DNA of 64,000 bases, from positions 256,265-320,264 of the forward strand of contig JADJDU010000003.1 of assembly GCA_016702505.1 (NCBI GenBank), written 5' to 3'. A program made the translations under genes and the position numbers. Of this stretch, positions 1-10,218 are shown in pieces. Source of the DNA: Microthrixaceae bacterium (GTDB lineage Bacteria > Actinomycetota > Acidimicrobiia > Acidimicrobiales > Iamiaceae). How positions within the stretch are numbered: position 1 is the first letter of the stretch; each line of letters starts with the position of its first letter. A model generated the notes under the pieces. That model made no database searches. It was not told the DNA's origin and saw only the letters and a list, made by a program, of their open reading frames with translations.

Positions 1-851
1 ACCTCCGCTCCGCGGCGCAGGACGGCCACCTCCTTGGCCCCCAACTCCAAAAGGGCCCGCAGGGCGGCACCCGATCGCCGCTTGGCCCGGGCTTCGAACC
101 AGCGCCCGCTGAGGATCAACACGATCACCACCGAGGCGACCTCGAGGTAGATCTCGTGGGCCCCGCTCCCCCGACTGGGGATCAGGTCGAAGCCCATCCG
201 CATGCCCGGGTCGCCGGCGGGGGTGAACAACAGCGCGTACAGCGACCAGCCGAAGGCGGCCAGGGTGCCGACCGATATCAGCGTGTCCATGGTGGCGGCA
301 CCGTGACGGAGGTTGACCCAAGCGGCCTTGTGAAACGGCCAACCACCCCAGGCCACCACCGGGGCGGCCAGGGTCAGCGAGATCCACTGCCAGTGGTCGA
401 ACTGGAGGGGCGGCACCATGGCCAACAGGAACACCGGCAAGGTGAGTGCACCCGAGATCAGAACCCGCTGACGCAGGTCACGGTCTTCCAACTCGGCGTG
501 GTGGGATTGAGGGTCGGCGGCGACGTCACCGGCCGTCGGGCTGGCTGCACCTCCATGGCCTGGGTGGGTGTGAGCGGCTCCACCCACGGGGGGCGGGGGA
601 GGGATCACCTGGTAGCCGGTGGCCTCCACCTCCCGGGTCAGGTCGTCGATCGAGATGGCCAGGGGGGCGGTGACCCGGGCCAGTTCGGTGGCGTAGTTCA
701 CCGAGGCCTCGACACCGTCGAGCTTGTTGAGGCGGCGTTCCACCCGGGCCGCGCAGGACGCGCATGTCATCCCGCCGATCTGGAGGTCGGCCGACCAATA
801 GGTGGGGGTCTCATCGTGTTCGTGGTTGGTTGCAGACCCCGATGTGTTCAC
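1..851 (-). CDS. copA: copper/heavy-metal translocating P1B-type ATPase, N-terminal part (gene runs off the left window edge)
   Basis: Minus-strand frame (absent from the ORF track because it is edge-truncated) reads ...TYWSADLQIGGMTCASCAARVERRLNKLDGVEASVNYATELARVTAP..., an HMA domain with GMTCxxC, followed by a TM-rich P-type ATPase N-terminus. Candidate GTG start near 851. Confidence 0.75.
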   Translation of the reverse strand, partial: MNTSGSATNHEHDETPTYWSADLQIGGMTCASCAARVERRLNKLDGVEASVNYATELARVTAPLAISIDDLTREVEATGYQVIPPPPPVGGAAHTHPGHGGAASPTAGDVAADPQSHHAELEDRDLRQRVLISGALTLPVFLLAMVPPLQFDHWQWISLTLAAPVVAWGGWPFHKAAWVNLRHGAATMDTLISVGTLAAFGWSLYALLFTPAGDPGMRMGFDLIPSRGSGAHEIYLEVASVVIVLILSGRWFEARAKRRSGAALRALLELGAKEVAVLRRGAE

Positions 852-1032
852 GACCCCATCTCCCCGTGGCCTGCCTCGACGGGGTGCTCCACCCCGGCGG
901 GGTGCCGGCCAGTCGGCGACGGGTCGGTACCGACCGGTCCCACCGCCCGCCCCAGGCCGAAGCCGGCCCCGAAGATCATCACCAAAACCACGGCGAACGC
1001 GGCGAGGCGAAGCCCCGGCGACACGGCGGTCA

Positions 1033-1248
1033 CCCCTCCGTCGTAGCCAGGTCGAACCCGGCCTCGTCCACTGCCGCCCGTACCGCCTCCACGTCCAGGG
1101 GTGAGGCGCTGGTGACGGCCACCGACCCGGCCGCCAGGTCCACCTGAACGCCGGTCACTCCGGCGAGCTTGGAGACCTCCTTGGTCACCGAGTCGACGCA
1201 GTGCTGGCAGTTCATCCCGGTTACGGCGTAGCTGGCGGTGGTGGACAT
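1033..1248 (-). CDS. copZ: heavy-metal-associated (HMA) copper chaperone, CopZ-like
   Basis: ORF 1030..1275(-) contains MSTTASYAVTGMNCQHCVDSVTKEV..., a single HMA domain with MxCxxC. Immediately upstream of copA on the same strand. Confidence 0.8.
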
Positions 1249-1339
1249 GGCTGACTCCTCGGGTGGTCTGATCAACTACCCAAACCCTATACCCCTATGA
1301 GGTATATGCCAACCCTGGTTCTCGGAGAGTTCGACCCTC

Positions 1340-2314
1340 TCAGGGCAAAGCCAAGCGAACGATCTTGCGGACCACCGAGCCGAACTGACGGACCAGGCCG
1401 CCGGAGTTGTAGGTCAGTCCGTAGCGCTCGCAGATCTCCCGCACCTCCACCGACATCTCGGCGTAACGGTGGGCCGGCAGGTCGGGGAACAGGTGGTGCT
1501 CGATCTGGTAGCTGAGGTTGCCGCTCATCACGTCGAAGATCTGACTGCCCTCGATGTTGGCGGAACCGAGCATCTGACGCAGGTACCACTGGCCGCGGGT
1601 CTCGCCCTCGGCTTCCTCCTCGGTGAAGGTGGACACACCGTCGGGGAAGTGACCGCAGAAGATGATGGTGAACGCCCACACGTTGCGAACGAAGTTGGCG
1701 GTGAGGTTGGCGCCGAAGGTGAACGGCGCCGATGGGCCGGTGAGGAGTGGGAACAGGACGTAGTCCTTTAGCGACTGCCCCGAGAACTTGCGGCCCACCT
1801 CGAGAAGTTGGGAGATGAGGTCGGTCCGGTCCTTGTCGCCCTTCGTGATCTTCTCGACCTCGATCCCGTGCAGCATCACCCCGTACTGGAACAGGGTGGC
1901 CAGGGCCGCGGCGTACAGCGGGTTGGCCAGGTTGTGGAGCTTCCACGGCTGTTCGGGCGTCACCCGGATGATGGCGTAACCGACGTCGCGGTCCTTGCCC
2001 AAGGCGGTGGTGAAGGTGTGGTGCTCGTAGTTGTGGGTGTGGCGCCACTGCTCGGCCGGGCACGCCGTGTCCCATTCGAAGTGGTTGCCGACCAGTTCGG
2101 GGTCACCGAGGAAGTCGTACTGCCCGTGCATGACGTTGTGACCCACCTCCATGTTGTCGAGGATCTTCGACAACGAGAGGGCGACGGTTCCCGCCAGCCA
2201 CGCCGGCGGCAGGAAGCCAGCGAACAACAGCGCTCGGCCAGCCAATTCCAGGCGTCGCTGGGCACCGACAACACCGTCGATGTAGTCACGGTCACGCTGG
2301 CCGAGGTCGCCCAC
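1340..2314 (-). CDS. membrane acyl-CoA/fatty-acid desaturase (DesA3-like); N-terminus may extend upstream to ~2480
   Basis: 324-aa ORF with three His boxes (HNVMHGQY, HNYEHH, QIEHHLF) typical of integral-membrane desaturases. The upstream in-frame stretch ...LTPEQVEALGAELDDLRRRTVGDLGQ resembles the DesA3 N-terminus but has no canonical start codon before the GTG at 2314. Confidence 0.8.
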   Translation of the reverse strand: MGDLGQRDRDYIDGVVGAQRRLELAGRALLFAGFLPPAWLAGTVALSLSKILDNMEVGHNVMHGQYDFLGDPELVGNHFEWDTACPAEQWRHTHNYEHHTFTTALGKDRDVGYAIIRVTPEQPWKLHNLANPLYAAALATLFQYGVMLHGIEVEKITKGDKDRTDLISQLLEVGRKFSGQSLKDYVLFPLLTGPSAPFTFGANLTANFVRNVWAFTIIFCGHFPDGVSTFTEEEAEGETRGQWYLRQMLGSANIEGSQIFDVMSGNLSYQIEHHLFPDLPAHRYAEMSVEVREICERYGLTYNSGGLVRQFGSVVRKIVRLALP

Positions 2315-2585
2315 CGTGCGCCGACGAAGGTCGTCGAGCTCAGCGCCGAGAGCCTCGACCTGTTCGGGGGTCAGGTGCTCGGCCGAACGCAGCGGCCGGG
2401 GCGAGCGGGCCGCCTGGTTGCGGCTGGCTGGACTCTGCGGGTCCGGCTCGTGGGCTTGGGCGGATGCGACGGGTTCGGCGTTCGATTCCCGCGGGGCTTG
2501 GTTTCAAGGTCATCGGGTCACTCCTGGATCATGCGGGGCTCGGCGGCCCCGCTTCGTCACGTTGCTGGGGTCGTCTACCCCGGGG

Positions 2586-3071
2586 TCAGAGGTCGAGCAC
2601 GACCGGTCCTTCGGCCACCGACACGCACAGGCGCACCGGGGCCGGCCCTTCCACAAGGTCACCGGTCCGGCTGTCACAGACCGTGCCGCTCACCAAGACG
2701 GTGGTGCAGGTGGCACACACCCCACGTCGACACCGGTTGGGCGGCGTGAGTCCGGCGGCCTCGGCCACCTCGAGCAAGGTCCCGTCGTGGTCGGAGGTGA
2801 CCCCCGATCGGGCGAAGGTGGTCCCCTCGGTCGACACGGTGTCGACCGAAGACTCCGCAGCCGGTCGCGGGTTTCGGGGAGGGGCGACGGCAACACCCGA
2901 GTACACGGCGCGGGCCGAGCGAGGGGTGAGCCAGCGCAGGTATGCGTCGGCGCCGTGGGGGGCGAAGAGTCGATCCACCAGTGCTGTCAAGACATCTCTC
3001 CTTGGTTCAAGTCCTGGGCGATCCGACCCGGCGACCAGGCCGCCGCCTTCGACAAACCGAGACCGGCCCAC
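2586..3071 (-). CDS. 2Fe-2S ferredoxin-domain protein (probable desaturase electron donor); true start likely internal
   Basis: C-terminal ~85 aa carry CRRGVCATCTT plus later Cys residues, a plant-type 2Fe-2S motif. Lies directly upstream of the desaturase on the same strand. Confidence 0.55.
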   Translation of the reverse strand: MGRSRFVEGGGLVAGSDRPGLEPRRDVLTALVDRLFAPHGADAYLRWLTPRSARAVYSGVAVAPPRNPRPAAESSVDTVSTEGTTFARSGVTSDHDGTLLEVAEAAGLTPPNRCRRGVCATCTTVLVSGTVCDSRTGDLVEGPAPVRLCVSVAEGPVVLDL

Positions 3072-3167
3072 CTGACCAACGCATTACCGGCAGACGGCAG
3101 GCCGACTTCGTACGAGTTCAGTATACACTTGTTTACCGTATAGATCACCACTCCACTCGCCAACCCC

Positions 3168-3929
3168 ATGCCTTCCTTGGACCCTCATGCCCAAATCGTG
3201 AACATACGTACACCGAGGGAGGTCCGGTCTACGCTCGTCCCGATGCCGTCCACCGAACGACCAGCCTCGGGACCAGCCCACCGGGGTCGATCCTCCAGCG
3301 GCTCGAGCCACCCCCGGTCCCACGACAAGGCCCGGACCCGGCGCGCTCTGCTCGACGGCGCCCTCGAGCTGCTGGCCGACCGCAGCCTCGACAACGTCGG
3401 CATACGCGAAGTCACCCGGGCCGCGGGCGTGACCCCCGCCGCCTTCTACCGTCACTTCGACCGAATGGACGACCTCGGCGTGGTCCTGGTCGACGAGGCC
3501 TTCGCCACCCTGCGCCAGCTCATGCGCGACGCCCGTGACGACGTGGTCGCCGCCGACGACATTGCCCAGCGATCGGTTGGCGTGCTGGTCCGCCACATTC
3601 ACGATCACCGGCCCCACTATCGGTTCCTGGTCCGCGAGCAGTACAGCGCTCTACCCGAGGTCCGAACCCGGATCCGCACCGAGATCAGGTTGTTCTCCAC
3701 CGAACTGGCCACCGACCTGGCCCGCCTCCCCGTGGTGAACGGATGGCCGGTGCGCGATCTGGTGATGTTGGCCGACCTCATCGTGGACCTGATGGTCCGC
3801 ACCGCCCAGCGGATCCTCGAGGCGGTCGAGGAAGCCCCCGAACGAGAACCGGTCCTGGTCGAAGAGACCGTCCGCCAGCTCCGCTACCTCACCCTGGGCG
3901 CCACAGTCTGGCAACCCCGCCGCACCTGA
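3168..3929 (+). CDS. TetR/AcrR family transcriptional regulator (start possibly at ~3243 MPSTERP)
   Basis: N-terminal HTH RALLDGALELLADRSLDNVGIREVTRAAGVTPAAFYRHFDRMDDL is classic TetR_N. Divergent from the ferredoxin-desaturase pair. Confidence 0.8.
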   Translation: MPSLDPHAQIVNIRTPREVRSTLVPMPSTERPASGPAHRGRSSSGSSHPRSHDKARTRRALLDGALELLADRSLDNVGIREVTRAAGVTPAAFYRHFDRMDDLGVVLVDEAFATLRQLMRDARDDVVAADDIAQRSVGVLVRHIHDHRPHYRFLVREQYSALPEVRTRIRTEIRLFSTELATDLARLPVVNGWPVRDLVMLADLIVDLMVRTAQRILEAVEEAPEREPVLVEETVRQLRYLTLGATVWQPRRT

Positions 3930-4002
3930 AGAACCGGGCGAGCCCGACCCCGCCGTGGCTCCGGTCTACGCCTTTGCTGCCATGACCCACGCGGCCATCA
4001 GG

Positions 4003-4491
4003 TCAGAGCGGGTCCAGTTGGAAGACCCGAATGTTGCGACCGCTCACCTCGACGTAGTCGTCATAGGCCGGCCACACCGCCACCAGAACCGGCCACACCG
4101 TGGCCTTCTCATCGTCGTCGAGGAGCCGGGCAGTGACCTCGGTGGTCTTGCGTCGGACGACCACGGTCGCCTTGGGATTGGCGATCAAGTTGCCCGTCCA
4201 CGCCGGATGCTTCTCGCGGCCGAAGTTGGAGCCCACCACGTACCACCCGCCCTCGGGTCGGGGCACGCAAGCCAACGGTGACTCCCTCGGAAGGCCGGAC
4301 TTGGCGCCGGTGGTGGTCAACACCAAGCTGGGCACGATCGCCCCGCTGACCGACCACCGGCCACCCGAAACGCGGTGGACGAAGCGGTCCAGCGGCGGAA
4401 CCACCTTGGGGCCGACCTTGCGGAAGGCCGAGCTGGTGGCGACCTTCTGGACCGCTCGACTCATTGAACTGGACGGCGCGAAGGTGGGCAT
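4003..4491 (-). CDS. nitroreductase-family deazaflavin (F420)-dependent oxidoreductase (Ddn-like)
   Basis: 162 aa with VLTTTGAKSGLPRESPLA and GWYVVGSNFGREKHPAW, characteristic of the PPOX-like F420H2-dependent nitroreductase family. Confidence 0.7.
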   Translation of the reverse strand: MPTFAPSSSMSRAVQKVATSSAFRKVGPKVVPPLDRFVHRVSGGRWSVSGAIVPSLVLTTTGAKSGLPRESPLACVPRPEGGWYVVGSNFGREKHPAWTGNLIANPKATVVVRRKTTEVTARLLDDDEKATVWPVLVAVWPAYDDYVEVSGRNIRVFQLDPL

Positions 4492-4525
4492 CGCAGCAGA
4501 GTACCCAGATCGGTGACCGGGCCCG

Positions 4526-5959
4526 CTAGGCCCCGACGCGGTCGTTGTACTCCTGGATCACTATGTCGGCCTCGGCCTTGGCATCTCGGGCCGCCTTCTC
4601 GGGATCGACGTTCTGACGCAAGGTGCGGATCAGGCCGTCTCGCACCGCGTTGCGCAGGCCCTGGTACTCCCCCAACAGGGTGCCCACGTTGGCGTCGCTC
4701 ATCTCGCCGCCCAACAGTTGGTCATGGGCGACGCGGAACATCGGGAACTCCTTCCACTTGGCCTGGAGCACCGGCTGGTCCACCGCGGAGAGGCGCGTGG
4801 GCACGTATCCGCCGGCCGCGGCCATCTCGGCCTGACGCTCGGGTGAGTTCAGCCAGGTCATGAACTGCCAGGCCGCGGCCCGATGGGCGGGATCGGAGGC
4901 CTTGGGCATCCACAGGGCCCCGTCACCCACCGGCACCCCGCCGCCGGGGGTTAGGGCCGGAAGCGGTGCCACGTCGGGCTTGACGTGGGGGAAGGCCCCG
5001 GTGGCCAAGATCCCGGCGATGGGACCGATCGATGCCGAGGATTCGAGCGTCATGGCCGCACCCTCGGTCTCGTTGGCCAGGGCCAGGATGTGATCGATGT
5101 TGGCCGGGTCCTCACCGGCGGTATCCAGAGCCAACCCGTCGGCCACCATGTCGTGCCACCACTGCCAGATTGCCAACGCCTCGGGTGAGTCCAAGTTGGC
5201 GTGCACGGCCCGTGCCTGGCGGCCGTTGCCGTTGTCTACGTACTCCCCGCCGCTCTTGGCCAGCAGGAACTCGAAGATGAACGGTGCCGGCTTCAGGGCG
5301 ATCCCGAACTTCGCTGCACCGGACTCAACGATCTTCTCGGAAACCTCCCGGACCTCGTCCAGGGTCTCAGGCGGATCGTCGGGGTCGAGCCCGGCCTTCT
5401 CGAAGGCGACGCGGTTCATGAGCAGCACAGGGCTGGAGATGACCCACGGCATGGCCCGCTGAACGCCTCCCGAGGAGTAATAGGCCAGGCCTCGGGGCAG
5501 GTAGTCGGACAGATCGGTCTTGGTGGCGTCGATGCAAGCCTGGGCCGGCACCGTGGAACGGCTGTCGATCATCTGCTGGACGACGGTCTCTTCGGCCTGG
5601 ATCAGGTCGGGTAGATCCCCACTGGCCAGGCCGGCCTTGTACTTGGTGAACATGTCCTCGTAGTTGGGCTGCCGGCGCAGGACCACCTTCACCTTGTCCT
5701 GAGATGCGTTGAACTCCTTGGTGGAGGAGATCAACCAGTCCAACGAGGTTTCGGCCAGGGCGTGCCAGAACACGATCTCCACCGGGCCGTCTTCGGCCTC
5801 AAGCGCTTCGATCCCGCAGTCGGCAGGGTCGACGGTGGTGTCGAAGGTGCCGCCCACCCGGTCGTCGGCCGTGCAACCAGCCAGCAACGATCCGACCAGG
5901 GCCAGGGACACCAACCCCCGGGCTCCGATGCGACCAGCGGCCCCACTGATGGCTCTCAT
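4526..5959 (-). CDS. carbohydrate ABC transporter substrate-binding lipoprotein (family 1 SBP)
   Basis: Track ORF 4526..6601 has a spurious N-extension. The real start is MRAISGAAGRIGARGLVSLALVGSLLAGC (lipobox) at 5959, overlapping the upstream permease stop by ATGA. The remainder is a typical sugar SBP fold. Confidence 0.8.
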   Translation of the reverse strand: MRAISGAAGRIGARGLVSLALVGSLLAGCTADDRVGGTFDTTVDPADCGIEALEAEDGPVEIVFWHALAETSLDWLISSTKEFNASQDKVKVVLRRQPNYEDMFTKYKAGLASGDLPDLIQAEETVVQQMIDSRSTVPAQACIDATKTDLSDYLPRGLAYYSSGGVQRAMPWVISSPVLLMNRVAFEKAGLDPDDPPETLDEVREVSEKIVESGAAKFGIALKPAPFIFEFLLAKSGGEYVDNGNGRQARAVHANLDSPEALAIWQWWHDMVADGLALDTAGEDPANIDHILALANETEGAAMTLESSASIGPIAGILATGAFPHVKPDVAPLPALTPGGGVPVGDGALWMPKASDPAHRAAAWQFMTWLNSPERQAEMAAAGGYVPTRLSAVDQPVLQAKWKEFPMFRVAHDQLLGGEMSDANVGTLLGEYQGLRNAVRDGLIRTLRQNVDPEKAARDAKAEADIVIQEYNDRVGA

Positions 5960-6846
5960 CCCTTCACCGCCCCGGCCGTGAGGCCTCGCACCAGCTGCTT
6001 CTGGAAGAAGATCAGCAGGATGAACAGCGGCAGCGCGGCCAGGATGGTTCCGGCAAAGGTCACGTTGATCTGATCCACCTGGGTGTTCTGTAGGTACTTG
6101 AGCCCGATCTGAACGGTTCGTAGCCGTTCGTCCTTGGTGACGATCAGTGGCCACAGGTATTGGTTGAACGCACCGAAGAAGCTGAACAGCGCCAACGCCG
6201 CGATCCCGGGTCGGGCCAGCGGCACCGCCACCTTGGTCATGAACCGCCAGTGGCCGGCCCCGTCGAGTTCGGCGGCATCGCGCAACTGGGGAGGAAGGGC
6301 AAGGAACGACTGGCGTATCAGGAACGCCCCGAACCCGGTGGCCAAGAACGGCACGGTCAATGCCAGGTAGGTGTCGTACCAACCGAGGTGGACGATGGTG
6401 GTTTGGTTGGTGAAGAAGGTGACCTCGAAGGGAACCATCATGGTGGCCAGGAAGAACACGAACAGCGCTCGTCGCCCGGGAAAGTCCAAGAAGGCGAAGG
6501 CGTAGGCAGCAAGGACCGATGTGATCACCTGGCCGACCACGATCACCGCGGTGACCAGGAAGCTGTTCATCAGATAGCGCCCCAGGTGCCCCTTGGTCCA
6601 CGCCGTCGAGTAGGTGGACCAGTCGGGATCAGTGGGGAACAACGTCGGCGGCCGTTTGGCAATCTGCTCGGGTTGAAGCAGCGAGTTCACCACCGTGATG
6701 TAGATCGGGAACAAGATGATCGCGGCCAACACCGTGAGCAGCAGGTAGCGCCCGATCAGCACCGCGGTGCGGCGAGCCCGGCGGCGAGAGGCGGCCTGTT
6801 TGACCGAAGGGAAATCGACCACGGGAGTCGGCAGTTCATCGCTCAT
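5956..6846 (-). CDS. carbohydrate ABC transporter permease (MalG-like)
   Basis: 296 aa with six TM helices and an EAA-like loop DAAELDGAGHWRFMTKVAVPLARPG. Confidence 0.85.
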   Translation of the reverse strand: MSDELPTPVVDFPSVKQAASRRRARRTAVLIGRYLLLTVLAAIILFPIYITVVNSLLQPEQIAKRPPTLFPTDPDWSTYSTAWTKGHLGRYLMNSFLVTAVIVVGQVITSVLAAYAFAFLDFPGRRALFVFFLATMMVPFEVTFFTNQTTIVHLGWYDTYLALTVPFLATGFGAFLIRQSFLALPPQLRDAAELDGAGHWRFMTKVAVPLARPGIAALALFSFFGAFNQYLWPLIVTKDERLRTVQIGLKYLQNTQVDQINVTFAGTILAALPLFILLIFFQKQLVRGLTAGAVKG

Positions 6847-7759
6847 AGGACACCCGCCGTTCGATGAGGCGAATCTGCACCAGGGTCAGGATCAGGGTCA
6901 GTCCGAACAGGGCTACCGACAGAACCGCGGCCTTTCCTTCGTTGTTCTGGCGGAACACCGCGTCGTACATGGCGTACACCAGGACGTTGGTCTTCTTGAG
7001 GGGTCCGCCGTTGGTGAGGATGTCGATCTGCCCGAAGGCTTGAAGTGACATGATCCCGCCGACCACCGCGGCAAAGAACAGCGTGGGCGACAGCATCGGC
7101 AAGGTCACGTTGCGAAGCCGGGACCAGGCCCCGGCGCCATCGATCTCGGCAGCCTCCAACAGGTCGTCGGGCACCGCCTGGAGCCCGGCCGACATCAGGA
7201 TGAACGACAGGCCCAGGTTCTGCCACACCGTCACCACGGCGACTGCCACCAGCGCCCACTGCGGGTCGGCCAGCAGAGACGGCCGACCCTGGAGACCCAG
7301 CCAGTAGCTGAGCAGGCCGACCTGGGGGTTGAGCAAGGTGAAGAAGATGACCGAGGCCACCGCCACCGAGGTGGCCACGGTGGAGGAGAAGATCGTCCTA
7401 TAGATGCCAATGCCTCGTAGTTGCTGGTGGGCGACAACCGCCAGCAACAGCCCCAGGAACAGTCCTGTCGGCACGGTCATGACCAGGAACAGGGCGGTGG
7501 TCCGCAGGCTGGCCACGAACTCGGGCGAGGTGAGGATCTGCTGGTACTGCTCGTAGGCGGCGTACCGGCGGGGCAGCCCGGGGAAGGGAGGGGTCCGGTA
7601 CAGACCGAGCCAGATGTTGCGGGCGAACGGGTAGACCACGAAGGCCATGAACACCACGAGCGAAGGCGACAGCAACAGGTAGGCGAAGAGCGTCTCCCGT
7701 CGCTTCCGGGACTTGACCGTGCGAGGACGACGGCCAGCAGCAGCAACCGGCACGGTCAT
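6836..7759 (-). CDS. carbohydrate ABC transporter permease (MalF-like)
   Basis: EAAEIDGAGAWSRLRNVTLPMLSP EAA motif. Real start MTVPVAAAG at 7759 overlaps the ATPase stop (ATGA). Confidence 0.85.
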   Translation of the reverse strand: MTVPVAAAGRRPRTVKSRKRRETLFAYLLLSPSLVVFMAFVVYPFARNIWLGLYRTPPFPGLPRRYAAYEQYQQILTSPEFVASLRTTALFLVMTVPTGLFLGLLLAVVAHQQLRGIGIYRTIFSSTVATSVAVASVIFFTLLNPQVGLLSYWLGLQGRPSLLADPQWALVAVAVVTVWQNLGLSFILMSAGLQAVPDDLLEAAEIDGAGAWSRLRNVTLPMLSPTLFFAAVVGGIMSLQAFGQIDILTNGGPLKKTNVLVYAMYDAVFRQNNEGKAAVLSVALFGLTLILTLVQIRLIERRVSYER

Positions 7760-8871
7760 GGGTCGAGCCGATCGCCGCTGGCCCGATCGAAGATGTGCAC
7801 GGCATCGGGATCCCACACCACGTGCACGGTCTCGTCGTCGGCCGGCACCGGGTCGTCGTGATCGATCCTGACGGTGATGCCCTGCCCGTCCGGGGTGGTG
7901 CAGACGACGTGGCGCTCATGGCCGAGTGACTCGATCACGGTGACCTTGGCCGTTATCCCCCCCGAGGAGGCCAGGCTGAGGTGCTCAGGTCTCACCCCCA
8001 CCACCGCTTCGCCTCCGCTGGCCTGGGCCGCGGCGGCGGTCAGGTGACCGGGGAGCTCGAGTCGGTCGGACCCGATGGTCACCGAAGCGGCCTGCTCGGT
8101 GCCGGTCGAGATCTTGCCGTCCAACAGGTTCATGGGGGGATTGCCGATGAACCCAGCCACGAAGACGTTGGCCGGGCGGTCATAGACCTCGCCGGGGGGA
8201 CCGACCTGTTGGAGCACGCCGGCCACCATGACGGCGATCCGGTGACCCATGGTCATGGCCTCGACCTGATCATGGGTGACGTAGACGACGGTGGTTTCCA
8301 GTCGACGCTGGAGGTCGATCAGCTCGGCCCGGGTCTGGACCCGAAGCTTGGCGTCGAGGTTGGACAGCGGTTCGTCCATCAAGAAGACCGTGGGGCGCCG
8401 GACGATGGCTCGGGCCAAAGCGACCCGCTGTCGTTGGCCACCCGACAGTTGCGCCGGGCGACGATCAAGGAGGTTGTCCAAACCCAGGACACGGCTGGCC
8501 TCGGCCACCGCAGCATCCATCTCGGCCTTGGGAACCTTGCGGTTGCGCAGCGGGAACTCGATGTTCTTGCGCACCGACATGTGCGGGTACAGGGCATAGC
8601 TCTGGAACACCATGGCGACGTCGCGGTCGCGGGCCACCACGTCGGTGACGTCCTCGCCAGCGATCTCGATGGTGCCCTCATCGGGCAGATCGAGCCCGGC
8701 GATCATGCGCAACGCTGTCGACTTGCCACAGCCTGACGGACCGAGAAGCACCAGGAACTCGCGGTCGACGATCTCGAGATCGAGGTTGTTCACCGCCACC
8801 ACATCGCCGAAGCGACGGGTAACGCCGTTCAGTACCACGGCTCCACTTCGGCTGGATGACCCCACGGGCAC
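7756..8871 (-). CDS. sugar ABC transporter ATP-binding protein (MalK/UgpC family)
   Basis: Walker A GPSGCGKST, signature LSGGQRQR, Walker B FLMDEPLSNLD, plus a C-terminal MalK-type regulatory/TOBE domain. Confidence 0.9.
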   Translation of the reverse strand: MPVGSSSRSGAVVLNGVTRRFGDVVAVNNLDLEIVDREFLVLLGPSGCGKSTALRMIAGLDLPDEGTIEIAGEDVTDVVARDRDVAMVFQSYALYPHMSVRKNIEFPLRNRKVPKAEMDAAVAEASRVLGLDNLLDRRPAQLSGGQRQRVALARAIVRRPTVFLMDEPLSNLDAKLRVQTRAELIDLQRRLETTVVYVTHDQVEAMTMGHRIAVMVAGVLQQVGPPGEVYDRPANVFVAGFIGNPPMNLLDGKISTGTEQAASVTIGSDRLELPGHLTAAAAQASGGEAVVGVRPEHLSLASSGGITAKVTVIESLGHERHVVCTTPDGQGITVRIDHDDPVPADDETVHVVWDPDAVHIFDRASGDRLDP

Positions 8872-9005
8872 TCCCTGTTCAGATGTCCGGCCACCTCACC
8901 GGAAAATCAGCCACCACAGTAGGGACGTTGGACACCCCATGCGGGGTGACCACCATCACGCAGAGCCTCCCGGCCCTGGCGAATCACCGTGGCGACGGGC
9001 GCTCC

Positions 9006-10157
9006 TCAGGGGTTGGGGAGCATGCTGGTTCGGGTGGTGGGCTCGAATGGGTGCAAGCCGAGCACCTGGAGCACGACCTCGGCCGCTGGGCCACCTTCGG
9101 TCTCGGCCACGGCCAGGGCGGCCGGTACATCGAGGTCGTCGGCCAAGGCCGCCATCACGCGGTCTCGGCCTCCCTCGGTGGAGCCGGGTCGAGCTGCCCC
9201 CGCCCGCAGTGCGGCGACCCTCTCCTCGGCCCGCTCCAACTCGGAGGCGTCGAAGGTCCAGTCATCCCACCAACGACGGTCGCAGATCATGAGGCGAATG
9301 GCGCCAGCGGAGTGGCCGACCAGAAGGTCCCGCACCATCACCAGGTTGCCCACCGACTTGGCCATCTTCTGCCCGTCGTGGTGAACCGAACCAGCCCGCA
9401 GCCAGGCTCGAGCGAAGGGCGTGACCCCGGTGGCGGCCTCGGCATGTGCCGCCTCGAAAGCGTGGTGGGGAAAGGCCAGGTCGGCGCCACCACAGTGGAG
9501 GTCGAGGCCAGGACCGAGGGTGGCCAGGGCCATTGCCGAGCATTCGACGTGCCAGCCCGGTCGACCTCGACCCCAGGGGCTGTCCCAGACCGGCTCGGTG
9601 GCATCGCCTCCGGCACCTGCCCCTTGCCACAGCACGGTATCCAGCGGATTCTCCTTGGCCGGATCAGCCGGCTCCTCACCCCTCTCTCCGGCGAGCCCCA
9701 GGGCGTCCTCGTCGGTGAGACCGGCGCGCTGGGCCACTCCGGGGTGACGGGCGTATATGGTGCCCGACCGCTCGTAGGCGTGGCCGAGGTCGAGGAGGGC
9801 CTGAGTCAGTTCGATGACCTCGGCCACGTAGTTGTGGGCCTGGGGTTCGAACGTGGGGGTCGACACCCCGAGTCGGGCCATGTCGTCCTCGAACTGGTAG
9901 GTCTGTCGGGTGGCAAGGGTCCGCCATGGGGTCCCGGTCTCGCGGGCCCGGGTCAGGAGGCTGTCGTCCACGTCGGTGATGTTGCGGGTGACCTGGACAT
10001 CGTGCCCGAGCTGGCGAAGGAACCGAACCGCCACATCGCTCCACACGAAGGTGGCGGCATGACCCAGGTGGGTGGCGTCATAGGGCGTTATCCCACAGAT
10101 GTAGACGCGGGCCCGGCCCACGATCGCAAGGTCTTGACCACCGAGTCTGATCAGCAT
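9006..10157 (-). CDS. mshC: L-cysteine:1D-myo-inositol 2-amino-2-deoxy-alpha-D-glucopyranoside ligase (mycothiol ligase)
   Basis: CysRS-like catalytic core ([24 protein letters not shown]) without an anticodon-binding domain. Length and motifs match MshC rather than CysS. Confidence 0.8.
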   Translation of the reverse strand: MLIRLGGQDLAIVGRARVYICGITPYDATHLGHAATFVWSDVAVRFLRQLGHDVQVTRNITDVDDSLLTRARETGTPWRTLATRQTYQFEDDMARLGVSTPTFEPQAHNYVAEVIELTQALLDLGHAYERSGTIYARHPGVAQRAGLTDEDALGLAGERGEEPADPAKENPLDTVLWQGAGAGGDATEPVWDSPWGRGRPGWHVECSAMALATLGPGLDLHCGGADLAFPHHAFEAAHAEAATGVTPFARAWLRAGSVHHDGQKMAKSVGNLVMVRDLLVGHSAGAIRLMICDRRWWDDWTFDASELERAEERVAALRAGAARPGSTEGGRDRVMAALADDLDVPAALAVAETEGGPAAEVVLQVLGLHPFEPTTRTSMLPNP

Positions 10158-10218
10158 GGATGGCAGCCTACGTAGACCTCACGAAACCAGGCACACGACG
10201 TGGTGCCGGGACCGCGGC

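Noticed and set aside
156-1046. 296-aa plus-strand ORF
   Set aside because: Gly/Arg/Pro-rich and exactly antisense to the well-supported copA HMA/TM region; a high-GC antisense artefact.
8856-10175. 439-aa plus-strand ORF
   Set aside because: Antisense to mshC, low-complexity composition, no motifs.
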